DNA of 64,000 nucleotides from an uncultured cyanobacterium (GTDB lineage: Bacteria; Cyanobacteriota; Cyanobacteriia; Cyanobacteriales; Cyanobacteriaceae). Position numbers and translations under genes: made by a program. Positions 10,363-21,862 of the stretch are shown one piece after another. The stretch covers positions 64,001 through 128,000 of the forward strand of contig CAVVOP010000032.1 in NCBI GenBank assembly GCA_963749915.1, read 5' to 3'. How positions within the stretch are numbered: the stretch's first letter is position 1; every line of letters starts with the position of its first letter. Below the pieces are notes generated by a model that was not told the DNA's origin, made no database searches, and saw nothing but the letters and a program-made list of their open reading frames with translations.

Positions 10363-12030
10363 TCAATTTTTTATTCTATTACCTATCCCCTGTAAAATAC
10401 CTTTACCAATTAACCCGATGCCTTTACCAAGGACTTCCGTCAGTAAATAAACAACAACTTTACCCAAAGTATCACCGAGGGATTTTATGCCTTTGGATAG
10501 ACTATCCCTCAATTCAATCAAAATTGTCACCCATAAGGGTATTCCCCGTATAGTGTTTAATTCTCCATCACGAGGGTGAGTTATCCTACAGGTTTCGATG
10601 CCTTGATAGGTTAATTTTAACATTTCATATTGATCTTCAAAGATATTTCTCGGATTCTGCCAATATTTTTCTTGACGATATGCCCAAACTAAATTATTCC
10701 GAAACATAGCTACTTTGCGAGAAGATTTTAAATCTAAGGCAAATAGATTATGCTTAATATTTAGGTTGTCAGCAAATTCATTAAGGGTAAAGTCCATGAC
10801 GTCGTTGGCGATATTAATAACTATATTCTGAAAAATAATTTCTTCTATATCTTTAGCTGATTGACTGTCATATTGATAAACTCGATTATCGACTACTAAA
10901 TCTTTTTGATAAACTTGGTAACTGAGAATATCCGCTAGAAAAGGTATTTTGGATAAAGTTTCTGATAAAAAAAAATCAGCATTTTGTAAAACTGATTCTA
11001 CCAAATCATAAGAATTTTCATTGTTGTAGCCAATTTTATAATATCTACTAAGAAATTTAATAGTCGAATTTTGCCATAAATCTTTAACAAAAATATTGAC
11101 CTTTTCCCATAACTCTTCTTCCCTTAAATTATTGTTCTCTAAATCTTTAATCAAATTAATCCATTCTTGAATAATTATAATTAATAATTCTTGTTTTTTT
11201 GACTGTTGCAAGATATCAATTGATAGTAATTTTTCTGTAGAATTTTTTACAGATCCTTTGATTTTAGCTAAGGTTAAATCGTATAAATTTTGGGAATTTC
11301 TACTTACGAGAATCTGACTGTTAAGATTGTCGGGTAAATCATTGTTTTGACTATTATCTGATGCCCCAGATTCCAAAGTAAAATTGGAGATAACCCCAGG
11401 ATAATTAGGCATTAACTGATTTACAAGCCATTTAGCCAGTTTTAATTCTCTTTTTCTTCCCTGCCAATATAAAACATTCCCCAGGGATAATTTTTTCCCT
11501 TGAATGTAATCATCAATGCTGATTATTTCCCGTTGAATTTGTTCTAAGCCAAATCTACATTGATCATGTAACCAATTATAAATATTTTTAGATTTAACTA
11601 AAGAATTGCTATTAATGAAACAAGTTTTTCCTGAACCACAAAGTCTAAAAGTTTTGACTAATTCATTAATATCGCTATCTTTATAACAACATCCTTTAAT
11701 CATAGGAATTAGAGAAAAATCACCAATAAAACCCCATGAAAGTAAAATGATTATTGATAAGTTACCAAACTCATCATTTAATTTTTCGAGGGCATTTAGG
11801 AATTTTTTTGCTTTATCAGGATATTTATTAAAATCTAAGGATACAATCCATAAATCTGTTTGATATTGTGTTAATAAAGCGGAAAAATCTGATATTTTAC
11901 CCGTAGCAATTATATTTATATCCTTAAATTCTTCCCCACTCAAAATTTCTCTTAATCCTAAAAGAAATATGGGGTCATCATCTAATAAGATTAAATTAAT
12001 TTTGGTTTTATTGGTGTTAGTAAAGGACAT
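10363..12030 (-). CDS. Ycf55/DUF3685 protein with degenerate N-terminal receiver domain
   Basis: LILLDDDPIFLLGL N-terminus; FRNNL, PRNIFED, LTEVLGKGIGLIGKGILQGIG C-terminus. Confidence 0.85.
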   Translation of the reverse strand: MSFTNTNKTKINLILLDDDPIFLLGLREILSGEEFKDINIIATGKISDFSALLTQYQTDLWIVSLDFNKYPDKAKKFLNALEKLNDEFGNLSIIILLSWGFIGDFSLIPMIKGCCYKDSDINELVKTFRLCGSGKTCFINSNSLVKSKNIYNWLHDQCRFGLEQIQREIISIDDYIQGKKLSLGNVLYWQGRKRELKLAKWLVNQLMPNYPGVISNFTLESGASDNSQNNDLPDNLNSQILVSRNSQNLYDLTLAKIKGSVKNSTEKLLSIDILQQSKKQELLIIIIQEWINLIKDLENNNLREEELWEKVNIFVKDLWQNSTIKFLSRYYKIGYNNENSYDLVESVLQNADFFLSETLSKIPFLADILSYQVYQKDLVVDNRVYQYDSQSAKDIEEIIFQNIVINIANDVMDFTLNEFADNLNIKHNLFALDLKSSRKVAMFRNNLVWAYRQEKYWQNPRNIFEDQYEMLKLTYQGIETCRITHPRDGELNTIRGIPLWVTILIELRDSLSKGIKSLGDTLGKVVVYLLTEVLGKGIGLIGKGILQGIGNRIKN

Positions 12031-12075
12031 TATTTTATCACAGGCAATAAATAATTAATAATGAGCTATAAACAG

Positions 12076-12531
12076 TCAATTTACAATTTCTGATGGTTCG
12101 TTTTTATAACCATAAAAATCAATACGATAATGGGCTACTTTCACCCCTGTTTTTTGTTCAATGGTTTTAATTAATTCTGAGGGTAATTCTACCTGTATAT
12201 CCATAATTTGATTGGTGTCCAAGACATTAACATGACTATGATCTTCGCAAAAGTTGCCGTATAGTCTTCCTTCATGTCTTTCGACACATTCAATAATTCC
12301 TTGACTCGACAATGCCTCCAAATTTTGATAAACAGATGTGTGTCCAATGTCTTTCCCTTGCTGACTTAGAAGATCATAAATTTCTTTTGCCGATAAGTGT
12401 TCCCGTTGTGACCACAACAATTCAAGAATAAAACGTCTTTGGCGAGAGAGTCTCATGCCTAATTCTTGACAACGATTGAGGGCATCTTTTAAGGAGCGAA
12501 TTTTTTTTGCTGTTGCTCCTGATTTTTTCAT
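12076..12531 (-). CDS. Fur-family transcriptional repressor (FurC/PerR-like)
   Basis: GMRLSRQR, HLSAKEIY, TSVYQNL, HSH. Confidence 0.88.
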   Translation of the reverse strand: MKKSGATAKKIRSLKDALNRCQELGMRLSRQRRFILELLWSQREHLSAKEIYDLLSQQGKDIGHTSVYQNLEALSSQGIIECVERHEGRLYGNFCEDHSHVNVLDTNQIMDIQVELPSELIKTIEQKTGVKVAHYRIDFYGYKNEPSEIVN

Positions 12532-12815
12532 GTTCTCCTATAGTATCTTTTTGCTAAAATAAACTTACTACTACTTTAACCTAAGTAACACAAGTTTGAA
12601 CATTGACCCTAAAAAAATATACTTCTTGTAATTATAAAAAATGTGAGTTTGGTCAAAAAAAATATTCCCAAATTAAGTTTAAGAGTAGAGCCTAACTACT
12701 ACTAATCAAGACCATAAATATACTATTGATTTTTATTTTTTGGAGATGTCTAATAATTCCGTTAAAGGTAAATTAAAATATGGATATTTTTTAAAAATTT
12801 TGTGCCCTTAGGAAA

Positions 12816-13574
12816 ATGATGATTTGGCTTATTGGTGGAACATCAGAAAGTGTAGCGATCGCAAAATTATTAACAACCCATAACAGCAATTTGATTATTT
12901 CCGTGACCACTGCCGCCGCCTCGCAACTTTATCAATCAGTAGAAAAACGACAGATTTTCGTAGGGAAACTGTCAGTAACGGCAATGGTTGAGTTTATTAA
13001 ACAACATCGAATCAGTAAGGTGATAGATGCGAGTCATCCTTTTGCCGTTGACATTTCTCAGGGGGTGATTAAGGTTTGTCAGAATTTGGGATTACCCTAT
13101 CTGAGATATGAGCGCCCTTGTATTGATTTTCCCGATCAAACTTCATCTATTACGGTGATTTCTTCTCTCTCCTCTTTACTAGCAGAAGATTCGCCTTTGA
13201 AAAATAAACGGGTATTATTAACCATAGGAGCGAAATTTTTAGCTTTATTCGCCGAATTTCATCACCAAGCTGAACTTTACGCTAGAATACTTCCCTATGA
13301 GGATTCTATCGCTCAAGCCTATCAATCAGGATTTGAATGCCATCGTATTATAGCCATCCGCCCTCCTTTTAACTTTACCTTTGAAAAAGCCTTATGGGAA
13401 TTATGGAATATTGAGATAGTGGTGACAAAAGCCGGGGGTAAACCTGGGGGGGAAGACATTAAATATCAGGTAGCAAAGGCTTTGGGAATTTCCTTAATAG
13501 TAATTGAAAGACCAACTTTAGATTATCCTCTAATTACTGATCGATTAGAAGATATTTCTCAGTTTATCAATTAA
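12816..13574 (+). CDS. cbiJ: cobalt-precorrin-6A reductase
   Basis: WLIGGTSE, IDASHPFA, YLRYERP, VVTKAGG. Confidence 0.9.
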   Translation: MMIWLIGGTSESVAIAKLLTTHNSNLIISVTTAAASQLYQSVEKRQIFVGKLSVTAMVEFIKQHRISKVIDASHPFAVDISQGVIKVCQNLGLPYLRYERPCIDFPDQTSSITVISSLSSLLAEDSPLKNKRVLLTIGAKFLALFAEFHHQAELYARILPYEDSIAQAYQSGFECHRIIAIRPPFNFTFEKALWELWNIEIVVTKAGGKPGGEDIKYQVAKALGISLIVIERPTLDYPLITDRLEDISQFIN

Positions 13575-13679
13575 TGTCGGTTTGGAGATACCTATGCCCT
13601 GCCCTTTCTGGGGACATGAAAAAGTAAGTACACAAACACAGCAAAACGGGTAGCTGAACTCCGAACTAAGTTATCATCA

Positions 13680-14411
13680 GTGATAGCAGTAAATTTGTTG
13701 TCCATGACTATGGAAATCTTAATAGTAGAAGACGAGAAAGAAATCGCCCAACTCATCAACACCTGTTTAACTAGGGAAGGATTCCAATGTCATATCGCCT
13801 ATGACGGATTATCTGCCCTCGACAATGCCAAAACAATACAACCAGATTTAATTATTCTCGATCTCATGTTACCCAAACTTGACGGTTTGGAAGTCTGTAA
13901 CCGAGTTAGAAATCAAGGAATGACAAAAGACCCCTATATCTTAATGTTAACAGCAAAAGGGGAGGAGATTGATCGAGTTATCGGTTTATCCACTGGGGCG
14001 GATGATTACCTCGTAAAGCCTTTCAGCCCAAGGGAATTGGTTGCCAGAGTTAGAGCCTTATTGCGGCGTACTATGCGTCATGGTGGTCAAGGACAAATTT
14101 ATGAAACTCCCCACTTTACATTGAATTTAGACGAACATACTGCCACTCGCCAACTAGAAAATGGGCGGGAGGAGGAATTAGATTTAACAGCCTTAGAATT
14201 TAATTTATTAGCGGCTTTTGTCAATTATCCGAGTAAAGTATGGAGTCGCACTCAATTAATCGATAAACTTTGGGGGGCGGATTTTTTTGGCGACGAAAGA
14301 GTCGTTGATACCCATATTCGCCGTTTACGCAAAAAAATTGAGCCAAATCCTGCACAACCTTCTTTTATAAAAACCGTTGTTGGTGTTGGCTATAAATTTG
14401 AAGACGATTAG
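13680..14411 (+). CDS. orphan OmpR-family response regulator
   Basis: IVEDE, DLIILDLMLP, GADDYLVKPF, winged helix VDTHIRRLRKKIE. Confidence 0.93.
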   Translation: MIAVNLLSMTMEILIVEDEKEIAQLINTCLTREGFQCHIAYDGLSALDNAKTIQPDLIILDLMLPKLDGLEVCNRVRNQGMTKDPYILMLTAKGEEIDRVIGLSTGADDYLVKPFSPRELVARVRALLRRTMRHGGQGQIYETPHFTLNLDEHTATRQLENGREEELDLTALEFNLLAAFVNYPSKVWSRTQLIDKLWGADFFGDERVVDTHIRRLRKKIEPNPAQPSFIKTVVGVGYKFEDD

Positions 14412-14535
14412 GAATGAGAATTAAACAAAATATCGCTGAAAAATGCTATTATCTTACCAAAAGCTATCCCCAAGATGAATTGTCTGGAATGACGCAATGA
14501 ATACGTAGAGCAGCTTCTTCTATATTAATCTGTCA

Positions 14536-15324
14536 ATGAAAATCGCCACGTGGAATGTTAACTCAATTCGTATCCGTAAACAACAAGTAAAACAATGGTT
14601 AATTGATAATAATGTTGATCTAATTTGTTTACAAGAAACCAAAGTTATTGACGCTGATTTTCCTGTAGATTTTTTTAGTGATGTTGGTTATCATGCCTAT
14701 ATTTATGGACAAAAAGCCTATAATGGCGTTGCGATTTTTAGTCGTCAACCTTTAGAAGATATTAAATATGGCTTTTCTGAAGTTTTATCAGAAAATATTG
14801 TTAATAATTTTGATGAACAAAAAAGGGTAATTAGCGGAGTTATTAATAATATGAGAATAGTCAATCTTTATGTGCCAAATGGAAATTCTTTAGGTTCAGA
14901 AAAGTATGAGTATAAATTAGGATGGTTAGAGATCTTAAAAGAATATTTGACTACTTTGAAAAATGAAAATTCAGAAGAATTATTAGTCTGCGGAGATTTT
15001 AATATTGCCCTGGAGGATAAAGATATTTATAAGCCTGAGGGTAAGGAAAATCATATTATGGCTTCAACAGTAGAAAGAAATGCTTTAAAGACAATTTTAA
15101 ATTTAGGATTGACGGATGTTTTTCGTAAATTTACTTCCGAGGGTGATTATTATAGTTGGTGGGACTACCGTCAAGGTGGTTTTAATAAAAATAGAGGTTG
15201 GCGAATTGATCATATTTATTTAACGGATAAATTATATCACGAAGCTATTAATTGTTATATTGATATTATTCCTAGGAAATCAACTCAACCTAGCGATCAT
15301 GCTCCTGTTATTTGTGAGTTTTAA
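14536..15324 (+). CDS. xth: exodeoxyribonuclease III
   Basis: ATWNVNSI, LQETK, GDFNIA, WWDYR, RIDH, SDHAPV. Confidence 0.96.
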   Translation: MKIATWNVNSIRIRKQQVKQWLIDNNVDLICLQETKVIDADFPVDFFSDVGYHAYIYGQKAYNGVAIFSRQPLEDIKYGFSEVLSENIVNNFDEQKRVISGVINNMRIVNLYVPNGNSLGSEKYEYKLGWLEILKEYLTTLKNENSEELLVCGDFNIALEDKDIYKPEGKENHIMASTVERNALKTILNLGLTDVFRKFTSEGDYYSWWDYRQGGFNKNRGWRIDHIYLTDKLYHEAINCYIDIIPRKSTQPSDHAPVICEF

Positions 15325-15641
15325 AATTATTATTCCTCAGGAAAATAAAACAAGATTTTAATAGTTTTAGTCATCAGTGACAAATTCTCGATTTTCTTAA
15401 CTTGTCAGCAATGGGCACTCAGTGATATAATCGTTAGTGTCAGGAAAAGCAATCAAGATTCCTCGTCAACCTGAAAGTGAATTTGGCAATAAATAATGAG
15501 CGAATTTCTGGAAATTAGGACGAATCTCTCGGAGGAGGGAAACCTATAACTAAACCTAAATCGAATTGAGACGAGAGTTCACCTCAGCAAACCATAGCCC
15601 AACTCAGTTACAACTGGATACTTTGATGACTGGAGGTATCG

Positions 15642-16637
15642 ATGGCTGGAAGCGAATTTAAAGACTATTATGCAATTTTAGGAGTAAGTAAAACTGCCAC
15701 CCAGGAGGAAATCAAGAAAGCCTACCGTAAGTTGGCACGGAAATGTCACCCTGATCTTAATCCTGACAATAAGGGGGCGGAGGCACGCTTTAAGGAAATC
15801 AACGAAGCGCAAGAAGTCCTGTCTGACCCTGAAAAACGTCAAAAATATGACCAATTTGGTCAGTATTGGCAACAAGCGTCTGCCGGTGTGCCACCGCCAG
15901 GTGGTGCTGGGATGGATTTTGGGCAGTATGGTAGTTTTGATGACTTCATTAATGAATTACTGGGACGTTTTGGTCGAGGTGGTAATGCACCTGGACGAAG
16001 GGTCTATAGCTATCGCACCAAGACTGGACCGGAAGGTTTTCGGGAATATGTGGATCTTGACGGCGGTGCCGATCCCTTTAGTCATTTTACCGATATTCCA
16101 GCACAAGATACCGTCGCGGCCATTGCCCTCACTTTTTCAGAAGCTTTTCGCGGCACCCAAAAACGCCTACAAATTGGAGAGGAAACGGTTACGGTTCGTA
16201 TTCCCGCGGGGGCAAAATCGGGCAGTCGCCTTAGATTGAAGGGCAAGGGGCAGATTAGTCCCTTAAGTCAGCAAAGGGGAGATCTCTATCTGACCATCGA
16301 ACTATTACCTCATCACGTCTTTAAATTTGAGGGAGATAATATTGCCTGCGACATTTCCATTAGTCCAGAAGAGGCAGTACTGGGGGCGCAGATTGATGTG
16401 CCTACTCCCGATGGTAAGGTGACAATGACGATTCCCTCCGGTGTGGACTCTGGACAGGCATTACGCTTACGGGGTAAGGGCTGGCGCAATCCCAAGGGTG
16501 AGCGTACGGATTTAATCGCACGGCTCAAAATTGTCACCCCGAAAGATTTAACCCCGAAGGAAAAAGAATATTACGAAAAATTGCGGCAAATCAGTCATTT
16601 TAATCCCCGTCGAACCTTAGCGGAGGTGAGCTTATGA
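15642..16637 (+). CDS. cbpA: DnaJ class B co-chaperone / curved DNA-binding protein CbpA-like
   Basis: J domain with HPD, G/F region, DnaJ_C domain, no zinc finger; followed by a CbpM-like gene. Confidence 0.88.
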   Translation: MAGSEFKDYYAILGVSKTATQEEIKKAYRKLARKCHPDLNPDNKGAEARFKEINEAQEVLSDPEKRQKYDQFGQYWQQASAGVPPPGGAGMDFGQYGSFDDFINELLGRFGRGGNAPGRRVYSYRTKTGPEGFREYVDLDGGADPFSHFTDIPAQDTVAAIALTFSEAFRGTQKRLQIGEETVTVRIPAGAKSGSRLRLKGKGQISPLSQQRGDLYLTIELLPHHVFKFEGDNIACDISISPEEAVLGAQIDVPTPDGKVTMTIPSGVDSGQALRLRGKGWRNPKGERTDLIARLKIVTPKDLTPKEKEYYEKLRQISHFNPRRTLAEVSL

Positions 16638-16942
16638 GTTCCCATTTTAGTCTGTCTCCCATCGTCTGGTCTGAAGGAGGAGATCGCCTTTACAATTTTG
16701 AGCAAGCGGCTTACTTTACCCAAACTTCTGTTTCCGTACTCGAAAGATTTGCTAGCCTAGGACTGATTGAACCCGTTGGCTCAATGTTGCATTGCCAGGA
16801 TTTAATTCGAGTGGTAAAGTTGCAAAGATTGCGTCGCGATTTAGGTTTAAATCTGGTAGGTGCCGCAATGGTGCTAGATATGGCGGCAGAAATTGCCCAA
16901 CTCAGGGCCCAATTAAATGCCTATCGTACAGCACAAAAATAG
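16634..16942 (+). CDS. cbpM: chaperone modulator CbpM (MerR-like)
   Basis: [18 protein letters not shown]; 4-bp overlap with the cbpA-like gene. Confidence 0.85.
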   Translation: MSSHFSLSPIVWSEGGDRLYNFEQAAYFTQTSVSVLERFASLGLIEPVGSMLHCQDLIRVVKLQRLRRDLGLNLVGAAMVLDMAAEIAQLRAQLNAYRTAQK

Positions 16943-16993
16943 ACTAATTGTTTTAACCCATGGAACCAAATTTTTAAAATCAGGAATTAAATC

Positions 16994-17395
16994 ATGAACG
17001 AAATAAATCAAAACACCTCGTCCGACATCGTTATCAGTTCCCAAACTGATGCGCTTGTTGAACAAGAAATGGCGGGCGAAAATGCCGACTTAAAGGAAGA
17101 AACTAAAGCATTGATTGAAGCGATCAAAAAACGTGCCCAGTCTGAAATCCAGACGGCTCAAGACCTTACCCGTGAAGGCTACCTAAATGCAGTCCGTCAA
17201 GCCAGAGAGGCCATCGAACAAACTCAACTCATAAATCCTGATCGCGTTGAACAGTCAGTGCAACTGATTCAACAAGAAGCCCAAAAAAACTGGCAGTCAA
17301 TTACCGATGAAATTCAAAGTCTCGGCGATCGCCTTTCAGAAGCGGCCAAAGCGGCTTGGAACGCCCTCACTCAACCCAAATCTTCTGATTCCTAG
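16994..17395 (+). CDS. conserved cyanobacterial coiled-coil hypothetical protein
   Basis: AGGA ribosome-binding site; helical ORF ending RLSEAAKAAWNALT. Confidence 0.75.
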   Translation: MNEINQNTSSDIVISSQTDALVEQEMAGENADLKEETKALIEAIKKRAQSEIQTAQDLTREGYLNAVRQAREAIEQTQLINPDRVEQSVQLIQQEAQKNWQSITDEIQSLGDRLSEAAKAAWNALTQPKSSDS

Positions 17396-17410
17396 AGATA
17401 AAATTATGAT

Positions 17411-17582
17411 TAGACCTCTTGCAAAAATAGATTTCTCGGTTAGGTAATTTTGGATTTTGGATTGGAAAAGTCTTTCTAACTTGAAAGTACACACTTTCAT
17501 GGTTGGGGGTGAAATTTTTTTCATGACGACTGAATCCTGACTCCTCTGACGGCCGGATTTTTTAACTTTTGCAAGAGGTCTA
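17411..17582. mobile_element. MITE with 16-bp terminal inverted repeats
   Basis: TAGACCTCTTGCAAAA ... TTTTGCAAGAGGTCTA, perfect. Confidence 0.85.
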
Positions 17583-17591
17583 TTGCAGAAG

Positions 17592-18701
17592 CTAAAAGGT
17601 GACAACACTGCGGATAGATTCCCCTTGGTGCATTAAATCAAAAGCTGTGTTAATTTGCTCTAAAGGCATCACATGAGTAATTAAATCATCAATGTTGATT
17701 CTGCCTTCCATATACCAATCCACAATTTTAGGCACATCAGTTCTTCCTCTTGCACCACCAAAAGCACTACCTTTCCAAACTCTGCCTGTAACTAATTGGA
17801 AAGGTCTTGTGCTGATTTCTTCCCCTGCACCGGCCACCCCTATAATAGTACAGACACCCCAGCCTTTATGACAACATTCGAGGGCTTGGCGCATAACTTT
17901 AGTGTTGCCTATACATTCAAAACTATAATCAGCACCCCCTTTAGTTAAGTCAACCAGATAAGGGACTAAATCCCCTTCTATGTCTTGGGGGTTAACAAAA
18001 TGGCTCATGCCAAACTTTTCGGCCATCGCTTTTTTGCTAGAGTTAATATCCACACCGATAATCATGTTGGCACCCACCATTTTCGAGGCTTGGATAACAT
18101 TTAAACCGATACCCCCTAAGCCGAAAACAATCACATTAGCACCAACCTCCACTTTAGCTGTATTAATCACAGCACCAATGCCAGTGGTAACGCCACAACC
18201 AATATAACAAACTTTTTCAAAAGGGGCATCCTTGCGAATTTTAGCGAGGGCAATTTCCGGCACGACGGTATAATTAGAAAAAGTGGAAGTACCCATATAA
18301 TGATATAAAGGTTTGCCATCCAGAAAAAAACGGCTACTACCATTCGGCATTAAACCTTTACCCTGAGTAACTCGGATCGCCTGACAAAGATTAGTCTTGA
18401 AACTGAGACAATATTCACACTCTCGGCATTCTGGTATATATAAAGGGATCACATGATCCCCTGGTTTGAGACTTTTAATATCTTTACCTACCTCTAAAAC
18501 AACTCCTGCCCCTTCATGACCTAAAATGCTGGGAAATAACCCCTCTGGATCTTTCCCCGATAAAGTATAGGCATCAGTATGACAAATTCCGCTGGCTTTA
18601 ATTTCCACTAACACTTCTCCTGGTTGAGGGGGTTGTAAGTCAACGATTTCGACAGTAAGGGGTTTTCCTGCTTCTAAAGCAACGGCGGCTTTAACTTTCA
18701 T
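17592..18701 (-). CDS. frmA: S-(hydroxymethyl)glutathione dehydrogenase / class III alcohol dehydrogenase
   Basis: [16 protein letters not shown], structural Zn Cys cluster, [19 protein letters not shown]. Confidence 0.95.
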   Translation of the reverse strand: MKVKAAVALEAGKPLTVEIVDLQPPQPGEVLVEIKASGICHTDAYTLSGKDPEGLFPSILGHEGAGVVLEVGKDIKSLKPGDHVIPLYIPECRECEYCLSFKTNLCQAIRVTQGKGLMPNGSSRFFLDGKPLYHYMGTSTFSNYTVVPEIALAKIRKDAPFEKVCYIGCGVTTGIGAVINTAKVEVGANVIVFGLGGIGLNVIQASKMVGANMIIGVDINSSKKAMAEKFGMSHFVNPQDIEGDLVPYLVDLTKGGADYSFECIGNTKVMRQALECCHKGWGVCTIIGVAGAGEEISTRPFQLVTGRVWKGSAFGGARGRTDVPKIVDWYMEGRINIDDLITHVMPLEQINTAFDLMHQGESIRSVVTF

Positions 18702-18750
18702 ATTAAATACTGAATAAGAGTTGATAAACTTAAATTACATCTACAACCAT

Positions 18751-19248
18751 CTAATTTGGTGCTATCCAAAGTAAGGTTTGTCCGTACTCCACTGGTTCGC
18801 CATTTTCCACGACAATCTCCATTACTTGTCCTGAAACTTCGGCTTCAATTTCGTTCATCAGTTTCATAGCTTCAATAATACAGACAATTTGTCCGTTGGA
18901 AATACGATCGCCAACTTCAACAAAAGGGGCTTCTCCGGGAGTTGGTGCACTGTAAAATGTTCCTACCATCGGCGATGTAATTTCTAACCAATTATCAGTT
19001 TTTTTCACTAGGGAGGCTTTTTCTGTGGCTATAGTTGGTTTGGCCTCTATTTCTGTGAGTTTAGGTGCTTCTAAGGAAGGTGTTGCCACTGATAAGGGCT
19101 GAGGTATAGTATAAGTGGTATTACTGGTGTGAGGACTCGTTTTTTGAAGTGTGAGTTCAAAATCTCCTTCCTTAATCGCTAATTCAGTTATATCTGTTTT
19201 GGCGATCGCCTCGATAAATTCTTGTAGTTGATTAAAATCTATTGGCAC
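18751..19248 (-). CDS. accB: acetyl-CoA carboxylase biotin carboxyl carrier protein
   Basis: [17 protein letters not shown]. Confidence 0.97.
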   Translation of the reverse strand: MPIDFNQLQEFIEAIAKTDITELAIKEGDFELTLQKTSPHTSNTTYTIPQPLSVATPSLEAPKLTEIEAKPTIATEKASLVKKTDNWLEITSPMVGTFYSAPTPGEAPFVEVGDRISNGQIVCIIEAMKLMNEIEAEVSGQVMEIVVENGEPVEYGQTLLWIAPN

Positions 19249-19330
19249 TTTTTAATAATATCTATCAATGAGTTAATTAGAATCTGGGATGGCGAAAATA
19301 AATAGTTAGTTTAATGATACTCAATAAAAG

Positions 19331-19888
19331 TTATTCTCTACCTAAATAACTACCATTTCTGGTATCAACTTTAATTTTTTCGCCGATAGAGACGAATAAA
19401 GGCACCATGATTTGAGCCCCTGTTTCCAAAATGGCTGGTTTTGTGCCTCCAGTGGCAGTATCACCTTTAACACCGGGATCTGTTTCTATTATTTCTAATG
19501 TTACAGAAGTAGGAAGTTCAATATCTAATACTGTTGTATTCCAAAATAAAATATTAACTTCCATTTCCTCTTTTAAGTATTTAGAGCGATCCCCAACCTG
19601 ATCTTCACTTAAACGCACTTCCTCAAAGGTTCCCATATCCATAAAGACAAATTGATCCCCATCTTTATAGGTATGTTGCATGGTAATTTTTTCAAGGTTC
19701 GCTTGAGGTACAGTTTCCCCCGCACGGAAAGTTTTTTCCATAACGTTACCACTTTGGGCATTTTTTAATTTTGTGCGTACAAAAGCTGATCCCTTACCTG
19801 GTTTTACGTGCAAAAATTCTACTACTCGCCAAACACTACCATCTAATTCAATACTGACACCGGGGCGAAAATCATTACTGGAAATCAT
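19331..19888 (-). CDS. efp: elongation factor P
   Basis: [19 protein letters not shown]. Confidence 0.98.
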   Translation of the reverse strand: MISSNDFRPGVSIELDGSVWRVVEFLHVKPGKGSAFVRTKLKNAQSGNVMEKTFRAGETVPQANLEKITMQHTYKDGDQFVFMDMGTFEEVRLSEDQVGDRSKYLKEEMEVNILFWNTTVLDIELPTSVTLEIIETDPGVKGDTATGGTKPAILETGAQIMVPLFVSIGEKIKVDTRNGSYLGRE

Positions 19889-20049
19889 ATAAGTTGATAC
19901 TCTTAAATCTTTTTTACTAATTCAAATACGAACTGCAATAAAATACCAAACCTATATTCTCTTAAAATGGCACTAATGGCAAGTGGCAATGGACAATAGG
20001 CGATGAACAATGGACAATAGATAATTAATCACTCATAATTGGTAGATTT

Positions 20050-20937
20050 ATGAAAATTCGTCGTCAACAACCCTCTACTCCTATAGCTATCGAGAGTCTG
20101 CGTTATCAGGTAACATTACCCAATAGTGAGCCCCAAAATATTTTAGAAAAAATTGTCTGGCATAAGGAAAAAGAGGTAGAAAAAATGCGGCATCGTCTTT
20201 CTCTTTTAGATTTGCGTAAAAAAGTAGCAGAATTATCTTCTCCTCCCCTTGATTTCCTGTCTGCTTTAACTAAAAGTGAAAAACAACCAGCTTTAATAGC
20301 TGAGATTAAAAAAGCGTCTCCTAGTAAAGGGGTTATTAAAGAATATTTTGATCCCGTTGCCATTGCTAAATCTTACGAAAAAGGAGGTGCCGCTTGTTTA
20401 TCAGTATTAACAGATGAAGAGTTTTTTCAAGGTAGTTTTGAAAATTTAGCCCAAGTTAGATCTGCCGTAAAAATACCTTTATTATGTAAAGAATTTATTA
20501 TTTATCCCTATCAAATTTATTTAGCAAGATTCAATGGTGCTGATGCGGTTCTATTAATTGCGACAGTGTTAAAAGATACTGATTTACGATATTTTTTAAA
20601 AATTATCCATAGTTTAGGAATGACAGCTTTAATCGAAGTCCATACCTTAGAAGAATTGGATAGAGTTTTAACTATTGACGAGGTAAAATTAATCGGTATT
20701 AATAACCGAAACTTAGAGAATTTTATCGTTAGTTTAGAAACTACTAAAGAGATTTTATCGGCTAGAAAAGATGCCTTATTAAACAGGAATATTGCTATAG
20801 TTAGTGAGTCAGGGTTATATACTAATAATGATTTACATTTTGTTGCCAATGCTGGTGCAAATGCAGTTTTAATTGGAGAATCTTTAATCAAACAAGATGA
20901 CTTAGAATTAGCCATTAATAGTCTTTATAGTGACTAA
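20050..20937 (+). CDS. trpC: indole-3-glycerol phosphate synthase
   Basis: [30 protein letters not shown]. Confidence 0.97.
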   Translation: MKIRRQQPSTPIAIESLRYQVTLPNSEPQNILEKIVWHKEKEVEKMRHRLSLLDLRKKVAELSSPPLDFLSALTKSEKQPALIAEIKKASPSKGVIKEYFDPVAIAKSYEKGGAACLSVLTDEEFFQGSFENLAQVRSAVKIPLLCKEFIIYPYQIYLARFNGADAVLLIATVLKDTDLRYFLKIIHSLGMTALIEVHTLEELDRVLTIDEVKLIGINNRNLENFIVSLETTKEILSARKDALLNRNIAIVSESGLYTNNDLHFVANAGANAVLIGESLIKQDDLELAINSLYSD

Positions 20938-20954
20938 ATAAATCTAATCTAAAT

Positions 20955-21701
20955 ATGATATGGGCAAGATGCCCATCATATTTTATCAATAAAAAATGTC
21001 ATAAATTTATGATTATTGATTATGAAGTTAGTGTTATTATTCCTGTTATTAATGAAGAAAAAAAACTCATAAAAATATTACCCAATCTACAAATAAAGCC
21101 AAAAGTGGAAATAATTTTTGTGGATGGAGGCAGTAACGATAATACTGTTAATATAATTAAAAAAGCTGGTTTTAAAGTAATTTTATCGCCTATTTTACGC
21201 CGTAGTTATCAGATGAATTTAGGGGCAGAACAAGCCCGAGGTAAAATATTATTATTTCTTCATGGGGATACAATTTTACCTGATAATTACCATAAAATTA
21301 TTCTTAATACTATAAAAAATAGTAATTTTATTGCAGGTGCTTTTCAATTAAAAATTGACAGTCAAAGGCCTATTTTCCGAGTCATTGAAATTTTGGTAAA
21401 TTGGCGATCGCAATATTTATCATTACCTTATGGAGATCAAGCAATATTCATCAAAAAAAAAGTTTTTGAGAGTATAAAAGGCTACCAAGATTTAGCCATA
21501 ATGGAAGATTTTGAGTTAATTAAAAGGGTAAACAAAATCGGTAAAATTTACATTGCGAATGCCCCAGTCATAACATCTGCTAGACGATGGGAAAAAGTCG
21601 GAATTTTTAAAACCACGTTAATTAATCAATTAATCATTATGGGTTATTATCTAAAAATAAAGCCCGAAAAATTAGCCTTTTTTTATCGTAAAATTAAGTA
21701 A
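20955..21701 (+). CDS. GT2 glycosyltransferase (TIGR04283-like)
   Basis: VDGGSND, LFLHGDT, PYGDQAIF, IMEDFEL, TSARRW; true start probably ATG ~21009. Confidence 0.85.
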   Translation: MIWARCPSYFINKKCHKFMIIDYEVSVIIPVINEEKKLIKILPNLQIKPKVEIIFVDGGSNDNTVNIIKKAGFKVILSPILRRSYQMNLGAEQARGKILLFLHGDTILPDNYHKIILNTIKNSNFIAGAFQLKIDSQRPIFRVIEILVNWRSQYLSLPYGDQAIFIKKKVFESIKGYQDLAIMEDFELIKRVNKIGKIYIANAPVITSARRWEKVGIFKTTLINQLIIMGYYLKIKPEKLAFFYRKIK

Positions 21702-21735
21702 TCAACTTTCGACAATTATATTTTCCAAAACCCTC

Positions 21736-21848
21736 CTAGTGGTCTAGCAATTTTGAAATGAGGGATAGCAGGATTCTCCAAAATCTAAAATCCAAAATCC
21801 AAAATTATCCGTTCCCAGTCCCTCAAAACTATCTTGACAGACCACTAG
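21736..21848. mobile_element. MITE family A, copy 1 (TSD CTAG)
   Basis: CTAG-TGGTCTAGCAATTTTGAAATGAGGGA...TCTTGACAGACCA-CTAG; three further copies in window. Confidence 0.88.
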
Positions 21849-21862
21849 TATTGATAGGCAGC

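Noticed and set aside
15410..15640. CIRCE element or riboswitch upstream of the DnaJ-like gene
   Set aside because: GGCACTC has no matching second half-site, and no riboswitch consensus could be completed by eye
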